Below are positions 9,573 to 16,582 of a stretch of DNA of 22,930 bases, one piece after another. The DNA is from Planctomycetota bacterium (GTDB lineage Bacteria; Planctomycetota; Phycisphaerae; UBA1845; Fen-1342): assembly GCA_022574815.1 (NCBI GenBank), contig JACZRH010000042.1, forward strand, positions 322 to 23,251. Reading direction: 5' to 3'. Below the pieces are notes generated by a model. It worked only from the letters and a program-made list of their open reading frames with translations. It had not been told where the DNA came from and did not search any database. Each line of letters starts with the position of its first letter. The stretch's first letter is position 1. The translations under genes and the position numbers were made by a program.

Positions 9573-10907
9573 ATGGACAGCTTGCTCCTCGCACAGGCCG
9601 GGACCACGGGGATTTTCTTCGGGGTCGTCGGGTTAGCCTTTATCGTGGCGATCTTTGTAACGGTTGCCAAGCTGATCGTCGTCGGCAACCCCAGCGAAAT
9701 GGTGGTCATTACGGGCGCCAGGCAGCGCGACGGATCGGGGTACAAAGTGTTGATCGGCGGACGCAAGATCGTCATTCCGATCTTCAACAAGGTCTTGCGC
9801 CTCAGCCTGCGCAACATGCAGGTTGCGCTGGAAGTCAAGGCGCAGGCCGGCGGCGGGACGATGATGCCGATCACGGTGACCGGCGTCGCTAACGTGAAGG
9901 TCTCGTCCAACCCCGCCGAGCGCGGCGCCGCGATCGAGCGCTTCCTCGGCCAGCCGGAGCAGGAAATGCAGCGCGTGGCGCGCGAGACGCTCGAAGGCGG
10001 ACTGCGGGCGGTGATCGGCAAGATGACGCCCGAGCAGATCGTCGAGGACCGCGACTTGTTCGTCTCCACGGTCATGCAGGAGGTCTCGGACGACTTCCGC
10101 AAGCTCGGCATGATCATCGACAGCGTCAACATTCAGAACGTCCACGACGACCAGGAATACCTCGAGTCCATCGCACGCAAGGCGCGGGCGAACGTCATTT
10201 CCGAGGCGCGAAAGACCGAGGCGGCCCGGGCGGCCGAGGCGGTGGTCAAGGAGGCCGAGGCCAATGCTTCCGCCCGCACGGCCAAAGCCAACCGCGACGC
10301 CGAAGCGAAATTGGCCGAAGCGTCTTCGCGGCAGAAGGCCGAGCAGGCCCGCTACTCGGCCGACACGGCGATCGCCGAGAGCCAGAACACGCTCCGCATG
10401 CGCCAGGCCGAGCTGGCCCGCGAGGCGGCCATCAAGGAGGCCGAGCAGCAGAAGGCCGAGGCCCAGGTCGAGCAGGCCCGCCTGGCCGCGACCGATGTCG
10501 CCAAGGCGTTCGCCGAGCGCGACATTGCCAAGGCCAAGGCGGAAGGCGACGCGGCTTCGGTCATGGAAGAGGGCAAGGCCCGCGCGTCGGCGATCGAGCA
10601 GATCGGAGCATCGATCCAGAAGCATCCGGAAGCGCTGAAGGTCATGCTGATCGAGATGATGCCGTCGATCGTTCAGGAGTTGGCGAGCACGGTCAAGGAC
10701 GTCGATCTCGGCCAAGTCACGGTCATCGACAGCGGCGACGGGCGGGCGATGGCCGGGGCGGCCTTGGGCCGGGCCCGAATGCTGTCCGAGTCGCTGGCGA
10801 CGGTCGAATCGCTGCTCGGCATCGACCTGAAAGCACTGTCGCAGGGCATTGCCGGGCGTATGGGCAAGACGGCCGAGAAGGACACCGCACCCGCCCCTGC
10901 CGAATAG
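9573..10907 (+). CDS. Flotillin-like SPFH/band-7 protein (YqiK/FloT-like)
   Basis: 444 aa. N-terminal TM (IFFGVVGLAFIVAIFVTVA). SPFH domain (VVITGARQ...VLIGGRKIVIPIFNKVLRLSLRNMQVALEV...TVTGVANVKV). A long Ala/Glu/Lys-rich coiled coil (EA repeats), then a C-terminal flotillin-type region. GGAGG SD. Confidence 0.85.
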   Translation: MDSLLLAQAGTTGIFFGVVGLAFIVAIFVTVAKLIVVGNPSEMVVITGARQRDGSGYKVLIGGRKIVIPIFNKVLRLSLRNMQVALEVKAQAGGGTMMPITVTGVANVKVSSNPAERGAAIERFLGQPEQEMQRVARETLEGGLRAVIGKMTPEQIVEDRDLFVSTVMQEVSDDFRKLGMIIDSVNIQNVHDDQEYLESIARKARANVISEARKTEAARAAEAVVKEAEANASARTAKANRDAEAKLAEASSRQKAEQARYSADTAIAESQNTLRMRQAELAREAAIKEAEQQKAEAQVEQARLAATDVAKAFAERDIAKAKAEGDAASVMEEGKARASAIEQIGASIQKHPEALKVMLIEMMPSIVQELASTVKDVDLGQVTVIDSGDGRAMAGAALGRARMLSESLATVESLLGIDLKALSQGIAGRMGKTAEKDTAPAPAE

Positions 10908-11109
10908 GCCGTTTTCTTATATCGGACCCATCGGGCCGGGCCTTCGCGCCCGGCCCGTGTTCATATCCGCGATGCGGGACTTGCGCCACGAGCGGGTCCG
11001 TGCCGCGGTGCCGCAGGCGGACCGGGGCCACGACGGCTCTGTTGTGCAGCGGCGCTGGTTTCTGCAAGATTCTGTATTCGCGACAACATCCCTAAGGTAA
11101 GATCGGTGC

Positions 11110-11724
11110 ATGCTCCAGTCGGGAAAGAACCTCGGGACAGCGGCAGACGCGTCGGAGCGTGGGGGCGATCGCGCGGCGTTCGCTGAGCAGTTCAAAGCGT
11201 CCTTTCGAACGTTCTGGTACCTCGCCGTCGCGATCGTTCGCGATCATGCGCTCGCCGAGGATATCGTGCAGGAGGCCGCCATAGTCGCGCTCAAGAAGCT
11301 CGATCAGTTTCAGCCGGGGACGAGCTTCAAGGCCTGGATGTCGACGATGGTGCGCTACGTGGCTTTGAACCATGCCCGCAAGGAGCAGAGGCGGCGCGCC
11401 CAGCCGCTCGACGAGCAGCAGCCGGCTCGCGCGACGGCGGCCGACGCGCAGAGCCTGCGCGTCACGCCGGGCGGTGCCATGCATATCAACCGAGATTTGT
11501 ATGACGAGCGCATCGTAAAGGCGTTGGACGCGGTTAGTGATACCGCCCGCGCCTGTCTGTTGCTGCGGACGCTCGAAGACATGAAGTACGGCGAGATCGC
11601 CGACCTGCTCGGGATTCCCGAGGGCACGGCCATGAGCCACGTCCACCGGACCCGGCAGATGTTGCGCCAGAAATTGTCCGACCTCGCGCCCGCCGGAACG
11701 AGTAGCAAGAGAGCAGAAGCATGA
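11110..11724 (+). CDS. ECF sigma-70 family factor
   Basis: 204 aa. Region 2 (AEDIVQEAAIVALKKLDQFQP...FKAWMSTMVRYVALN) and region 4 HTH (ACLLLRTLEDMKYGEIADLLGIPEGTAMSHVHRTRQMLRQKL). Confidence 0.85.
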   Translation: MLQSGKNLGTAADASERGGDRAAFAEQFKASFRTFWYLAVAIVRDHALAEDIVQEAAIVALKKLDQFQPGTSFKAWMSTMVRYVALNHARKEQRRRAQPLDEQQPARATAADAQSLRVTPGGAMHINRDLYDERIVKALDAVSDTARACLLLRTLEDMKYGEIADLLGIPEGTAMSHVHRTRQMLRQKLSDLAPAGTSSKRAEA

Positions 11725-12539
11725 GCCAGGTGCCGGATGACACGCGGGAGGGGCTCTTCGACGCATACGTCGATGGCCTGTTGAGCGAATCGGCCCACAG
11801 GGAATTCGAGCGCCGACTCGAGCGAGACGTGAACTTGCGCGACGAATTGGCGCTCCAGGGTCAACTCAATGAACATCTGCGGACCCTGTTCGCCCCGCCG
11901 GACGCGGAACGAATTGTCGCGCGATTTCCGATACGGAGCACGTCCGGCGCGGGGGCGACCGCTTGGAACAAGCACTTCGCAAATGTGTCGAAAGGGCGCC
12001 GGTTCGCGTGGGCGGCCGTGCTGGTCGTGGTCGTCGGCGGCGGTTGGCTGCTGCGCGAGTGGATCGAGCCGCCGCCGCTCTGGGATCAATACAAATTGCA
12101 CACGCTGGTCGAGGTTTACCAGCACGAGATCGATACCGGCCTGAACCCGCTGTGGGTCTGCAAGAACGATCACGAGTTCGCCGGCACGTTTTGGAGAAAA
12201 GTCCGCCAGCCGCTGGTCATGGACGAGGCTCCGGAGCACTTGCAGGCGATCGGCCTGTCATACGTCCATGCGCTCTCGCCGGACACGACCTATCTGCTGG
12301 CTCGTGTCCGCTCGCGGCCGGTGCTCGTGTTTGTCGATCGGGTTGAGGTTGATACGCATCCGGAGATCGAAGGCGGCGACCTGAATCTGTTCCGCCGACA
12401 GGTCGACCAACTGATACTCTACGAGCTCACGCCGCTCGACGAGCCGCACGTCCTGAAGCTGTTCCGCAAGCCCGATGTCACCATTCAGTGGCTAGAAGAC
12501 GCACCGCTGCCCACGGTCACGCCTGCGGTGGGACCCTAG
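11721..12539 (+). CDS. Putative anti-sigma factor (single-pass membrane protein)
   Basis: Overlaps the preceding sigma gene by 4 bp (ATGA). The N-terminal approx 60 aa look like an anti-sigma domain (FDAYVDGLLSESAHREFERRLERDVNLRDELALQGQL). TM helix FAWAAVLVVVVGGGWLL at about residue 90, then an extracytoplasmic C-terminal domain. Confidence 0.6.
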   Translation: MSQVPDDTREGLFDAYVDGLLSESAHREFERRLERDVNLRDELALQGQLNEHLRTLFAPPDAERIVARFPIRSTSGAGATAWNKHFANVSKGRRFAWAAVLVVVVGGGWLLREWIEPPPLWDQYKLHTLVEVYQHEIDTGLNPLWVCKNDHEFAGTFWRKVRQPLVMDEAPEHLQAIGLSYVHALSPDTTYLLARVRSRPVLVFVDRVEVDTHPEIEGGDLNLFRRQVDQLILYELTPLDEPHVLKLFRKPDVTIQWLEDAPLPTVTPAVGP

Positions 12540-12596
12540 CAGGCGCTGCAATGAGCGGGCACGGGTAACGGCTCGGCTAGCTTTGGCCGGTAGGGG

Positions 12597-13781
12597 CTAG
12601 TCGCGGCCGATTTCGACGTCGGCAGCGTCGAGCTCGAGTTGGTCGGCCACCGCTTTCGCCTCGCGCCGCACACCGGCGGCATGCTTCGAATGGTTCCATC
12701 CGCTGAGCGGGCTGACCTCGACCGCCAGACGGCCGCGGCGTTGCTTGTGGGTCCAGGTCGCGACGGCGCGGCCGCGCGCCAGCACCACGGCCGCGACGAA
12801 CGCCGACTTGCGCCAAACGAGTTTGCGATCCGCCTCGATCGGCGTCGTCCAGCTCTTGTCGGCGTGCGCCATCAGCAGCGTTTCCCACAGCGGCAGCAGA
12901 CGCAGCGGCCACTTCTCCGCGCTTCGCGGCGGCTTGACGCTCAGGTCCGGCATGTCGGCGGTCAGCGCTACGAGGCCCTTGCGGTCGCCGCAGCTTACGG
13001 GTGCCAGTTCGCCATCTTTGTTCAGCAAGTCCAGCCACTCGATGGCACTGGACACGCGCGCGCCGAAGAAGTGGGCCAGGTCTCGGGCGGTCGCCGGCCC
13101 GTACGTAGCGAGATAGCGGCGTGCCAGAGCGGTCGCGGCTTGGCGCGGGGCAGTCGCTGAACGAGGCCATTTAAGCTTGGGGAACCAGTGCTCCCGGGCC
13201 ACGTAGGATTGCTCGGCTCCGACCTTGTCGGCCATGCAGACGTCGCCGCGATGCGCGAGACACCAGAACAGCCGCCCGGCGGCGAGCTGGCGAGCGGCGG
13301 AGCCCGGGCCGACTTTCTCTTCGGCCTCCCGCAGATAGCTCGCAGGCAGGATCGGCTGAAGATCACGCCGCGTGAGCGGCCCGGACGCCGACCTCAGCAA
13401 CTCCCCCGCCTTCTTAACCAGCGCCTCGGGCGGCATCGCCCCGCGCCGCCCGCCGGGCGCCCACTCGCCCCGCGCGGCGACGATCAGCTCCCAGTCATTC
13501 GGGTCGAAGATGTGCAACGTATCGCGCTGCCCCCAGGTCCGAACCACCTCCCGCGGCGGCTCGAGCAGCCGCGCTTTGAGCTCTGCGGTGGTCGGCCGAT
13601 CCTTCATCCGCATGCTGAGCGCGAGCAGCGACGGGTTCAACTGCTGTGACTGCGCCCCAATCATCGCCCGCGCCGCGGCCGCGGCGTCGGGAGCGCCGGA
13701 ATCGGTCAGGTGCCCGCGGCGGGCGCGGAAGTAGAGGATCTGTTCGTCGGAGTATTTGCGAGCGCCTGATTCCTTGGGCAT
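12597..13781 (-). CDS. Winged-helix DNA-binding protein of the AlkZ/YcaQ (HTH_42, DUF1006) DNA-glycosylase-like family
   Basis: 394 aa. The N-terminal MIGAQSQQLNPSLLALSMRM...VVRTWGQRDTLHIF looks like the Q-x-Q catalytic-motif region and the 'RxTxH' segment of AlkZ-like proteins. Family assignment is from memory of the family signature, not from a search. Confidence 0.45.
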   Translation of the reverse strand: MPKESGARKYSDEQILYFRARRGHLTDSGAPDAAAAARAMIGAQSQQLNPSLLALSMRMKDRPTTAELKARLLEPPREVVRTWGQRDTLHIFDPNDWELIVAARGEWAPGGRRGAMPPEALVKKAGELLRSASGPLTRRDLQPILPASYLREAEEKVGPGSAARQLAAGRLFWCLAHRGDVCMADKVGAEQSYVAREHWFPKLKWPRSATAPRQAATALARRYLATYGPATARDLAHFFGARVSSAIEWLDLLNKDGELAPVSCGDRKGLVALTADMPDLSVKPPRSAEKWPLRLLPLWETLLMAHADKSWTTPIEADRKLVWRKSAFVAAVVLARGRAVATWTHKQRRGRLAVEVSPLSGWNHSKHAAGVRREAKAVADQLELDAADVEIGRD

Positions 13782-13902
13782 TACAGTCCAGTTGCATCGG
13801 CACAGAGCGAAGCCGCATGAAAATCGTCAGCCCGTAAGTTGGCAGTCATGTACGGTGCGAATGGCCAGAACAGATCGCTGAAAAGTCGCTCGATCCTTCA
13901 GA

Positions 13903-14604
13903 CTATTGCGGGGCGGGCGTTGCGACGTGATCGCCGGATCTGATCGCTTCGCAAATCTCACGCACTGCGCGCTCAAACCGACGAAATGACCTAGGTCCGC
14001 AGGCGCGTATGGCCTCCAACGTAACCAACTGCGCCAACGGTTCTTGATCAGTCGATGGCTTATACCCGCGCTCCATATTCTGACTCAACCACTTCTTAGC
14101 GTCACGAGGTGATTCATCCGTATCCTGCTCGGACAAACGAGCCGAATCTCGAACGCCGGCGCGCCCGTCCGGGAGTTTCTTGCCGCAAAGCGACTCGATA
14201 CCGGCGAGCAACCAGGATTCGAACTCCTGTCGGGCAAAGACACAAGCAACCGAGAAAGTCGAACCAGCTCCGACCTTGCGAGCTTGCTCGGCCAAGTGGC
14301 GCGCCACAACGGCAGCGCAAAAAGGCTGTTTCTCTTGACCGATCCAGACGTGATCTCGATCGCCGTCCAGCACGAGTAAGATTCCGCCTACGTTCTTCTG
14401 CTTGACAGCCGCCCTGAGCCAATTGTGCCATTTCGTGGTATTTCGCCCCGTGAGGTTTTCGACGCCGCCCACCTTGAACGCGTTCGTACCGAGGACTATT
14501 GCCTCCCAGGCATCAATATGCCTGATGAGTTTCTTCGTGAGAGCGGCGACGGCGCCTTGGTCGCCTTCGCCCTCTACAAACAAAATCAGTCGTCGCGGGC
14601 TCAT
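13903..14604 (-). CDS. Standalone TOPRIM-like nuclease domain protein (DUF4276/RloB-like, OLD-family C-terminal-domain analogue)
   Basis: 233 aa. Begins RLILFVEGEGDQGAV (conserved TOPRIM Glu), later ILLVLDGDRDH (TOPRIM DxD). Overlaps the upstream ATPase gene by 4 bp. Local GC of roughly 50% against roughly 68% in the flanks. Confidence 0.65.
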   Translation of the reverse strand: MSPRRLILFVEGEGDQGAVAALTKKLIRHIDAWEAIVLGTNAFKVGGVENLTGRNTTKWHNWLRAAVKQKNVGGILLVLDGDRDHVWIGQEKQPFCAAVVARHLAEQARKVGAGSTFSVACVFARQEFESWLLAGIESLCGKKLPDGRAGVRDSARLSEQDTDESPRDAKKWLSQNMERGYKPSTDQEPLAQLVTLEAIRACGPRSFRRFERAVREICEAIRSGDHVATPAPQ

Positions 14605-15773
14605 TCCGGCGGTGCGGTACTTTCTGGATCAATCCGGGCGTCGTCGACCGTCAAGAGTTCGTCCGCGGTCATGAGATGCTCTTCGAGTGCCTCCCTTTGC
14701 TCTGGTGCCAACAGGCCGATTTTCGTTTCATACTGCTCCATCGTTACAACGCGAATCTGCTGCACATCGAAATGTTTCAGCAGTTGCGGGCTGTGCGTCG
14801 TCAGGATGATCTGCGATCGTCCGCTATGGGCCACCGCCTCGAACTGGTCGGCCAGCACTTCGAGCGCTCCTGGATAGATGCCCTTTTCCGGCTCCTCAAA
14901 CGTTAGAATCGGTTTCGGTGGTTGCTGGTTCAAAGCAATCATGTGTGCCAGGAATCGGCGGAATCCTTCTGATTCCTGAGGTAAGTGAAAGGAGAGCGTT
15001 TTTGCCTCACCGACTTTGTGACCGACTCGCACGTGAGACCCGTCGGGGGCCAGCTCAACACTGGTCACCGACGAATTCAACCGTCTCAATGCGGCAACAA
15101 TGTCACTGATCCGATAATACTCAGATAGATTGGTGGCGATCCCTTCGATGGCAGCCATATGGTTGCTCGCATCGTCCATGAGAGCCGTACCAATTGCGGG
15201 ATCGCCCATAAGAGCCGTACTAACTGTGGGGTGGAAATCTCCGTGAGCCAGCACATTCCCAGGAAAATCGTAACAACCGATCCCCTTGGTCAGCACAATG
15301 TGGGCGATTCGCGCTTCGGGAATCCCGTAGAGCAACCCAAAGACCGGCTGTCCGGGATTGGGTGGGTCGACAAGTTTCGGTCGTTTTGTCCACTGGTTTT
15401 GGTTTTGGGAGAAAAGTACGTCATCACCCAATGTTAGGCTTTCGGCAACGAAAATGGCTAGAGCCCGCTGCGGATCTATTCTGAATGCAAGCACGTAAGT
15501 GACGCGTTTGGAAAGACCGGGAACTTGAAACTCGAGCTCGAAGGACAACTTCGCGGTTGATTCATCTCGTGTGGCACACAGCAAGCGTTCCCATCCGCCC
15601 ATGTGAGTTACGGCCACATCGGCGTGCAACAGGTAGTCACGAAGGAACCGCAAAGCGTGAACGAAGTTGCTCTTGCCCGTGCCGCTTCGGCCGATCAGCA
15701 CCGTCACCGGCTCGAGTGACACAGAGACATCACGCAGACTCATGAAGTTGCGTATGCGAATCCGCTTGATCAT
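14601..15773 (-). CDS. ABC-type ATPase of the AAA_15/AAA_21 (OLD/AriA/AbiLi-like) family
   Basis: 390 aa. MIKRIRIRNFMSLRDV start typical of this family. Walker A LIGRSGTGKSNF. Signature-like ESEGFRRFLA. Walker B PILTFEEPEKGIYP. H-loop ILTTHSPQLL. ATG at complement 15771-15773. Confidence 0.85.
   Translation of the reverse strand: MIKRIRIRNFMSLRDVSVSLEPVTVLIGRSGTGKSNFVHALRFLRDYLLHADVAVTHMGGWERLLCATRDESTAKLSFELEFQVPGLSKRVTYVLAFRIDPQRALAIFVAESLTLGDDVLFSQNQNQWTKRPKLVDPPNPGQPVFGLLYGIPEARIAHIVLTKGIGCYDFPGNVLAHGDFHPTVSTALMGDPAIGTALMDDASNHMAAIEGIATNLSEYYRISDIVAALRRLNSSVTSVELAPDGSHVRVGHKVGEAKTLSFHLPQESEGFRRFLAHMIALNQQPPKPILTFEEPEKGIYPGALEVLADQFEAVAHSGRSQIILTTHSPQLLKHFDVQQIRVVTMEQYETKIGLLAPEQREALEEHLMTADELLTVDDARIDPESTAPPE
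15178..15237. repeat. In-frame 30-bp imperfect tandem duplication inside the ATPase CDS
   Basis: catgagagccgtaccaattgcgggatcgcc / cataagagccgtactaactgtggggtggaa. Encodes the tandem peptides VSTALMGDPA / IGTALMDDAS. Confidence 0.6.
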
Positions 15774-15893
15774 CCGTACGCCTCAGTCACGCCCACGGGT
15801 CCGGAGCCGACATAATTGGCTCTCTCACGCGCCATTCGTTGAAGCGTAGCGCGCATTTTCCAGCCAGCACGTGCAGTTCGAGATTATCACTTC

Positions 15894-16052
15894 TTAGCCC
15901 CGACATGCCAAGTCCACCGCCTTCTCCTGAGCCACCGCAACCGCCTCATCATACCCCGCATCCGCATGCCGAATCACGCCCGCCGCCGGGTCGGCGGTCA
16001 GAACGCGCTGCAGGCGCCGGGCAGCGTCGTCCGTGCCGTCGGCGACGATGAC
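15894..16052 (-). pseudogene. Displaced, diverged duplicate of the hutU 3' end (last ~50 codons plus its own stop)
   Basis: Positions 15908-16052 are about 90% identical to 16597-16742, which is the 3' end of the intact hutU. The reverse frame reads ...[14 protein letters not shown], against ...[14 protein letters not shown] in hutU. Homology stops exactly at the brnA-like stop codon. Confidence 0.6.
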
Positions 16053-16054
16053 CG

Positions 16055-16258
16055 TCAACTCGCCTGCTTGTGCTTCGCGATCAACTCCCGCACGGTCGCC
16101 ACAAGTTCCACCGGCACTTCGATCAGCGACTGTGTCCGATCGTGATAGGCCGCCTCGTCCTCGGCCACGGCCTCATCTTCCGACTGCCGCTCGTAGCTCT
16201 CAAGCACGCGACGCACGCGCTCCGCATCCCAACCGTCCGGGAACTTGGCTTGGCTCAT
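16055..16258 (-). CDS. BrnA-like antitoxin (RHH/BrnA family)
   Basis: 67 aa, [40 protein letters not shown]...[16 protein letters not shown]. Sits downstream of the toxin gene and overlaps it by 4 bp. This gene order is the hallmark of brnTA loci. Confidence 0.5.
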   Translation of the reverse strand: MSQAKFPDGWDAERVRRVLESYERQSEDEAVAEDEAAYHDRTQSLIEVPVELVATVRELIAKHKQAS

Positions 16259-16539
16259 GTTTTTCTCCGGCGCATTCGCCGCCTGAACGCGGTCAGCGTT
16301 TTGCCTTTCAACTCGTAAGCCGTGATCACAAACACGCTTTCGGGCTCGGGTTCAGGTACGTAGATCACACGCAGGGACCGTCCTTCACGCGTCTGCCCCA
16401 GAGCAACCCGGCTGCCGTCACGTCCCGGCCGATCCTCGCCGGGTCGCGCAAGCACGTCTTCGATCTCATGCTCGCGCACGCCGTGACCGTAAACGTGCGG
16501 CTGTCCCGTCTCTTCATCAACATAATACCTCACAATCAT
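16255..16539 (-). CDS. BrnT-like toxin (DUF497/RelE-superfamily ribonuclease)
   Basis: Preferred start MIVRYYVDEETGQPHVYGHGVREHEIEDVL...RVALGQTREGRSLRVIYVPEPEPESVFVITAYELKGK (94 aa). It aligns with the BrnT consensus: KHGVsFEEA, then ERfvtlG..GRlLvVv.T.R...IRIISAR.A. The track ORF extends to 16656, but that extension runs into hutU and is Arg/Trp-rich junk. Confidence 0.55.
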   Translation of the reverse strand: MIVRYYVDEETGQPHVYGHGVREHEIEDVLARPGEDRPGRDGSRVALGQTREGRSLRVIYVPEPEPESVFVITAYELKGKTLTAFRRRMRRRKT

Positions 16540-16582
16540 GGCTGGATTCCATGAATTCCAAGACTGGCGCCGCGCGGGCGAA

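Noticed and set aside
9633-10715. 360-aa minus-strand ORF
   Set aside because: Antisense to the flotillin gene. Low-complexity Leu/Arg/Gly content.
15839-16051. 70-aa Pro-rich plus-strand ORF
   Set aside because: It is the antisense reading of the duplicated hutU tail fragment, not a gene.
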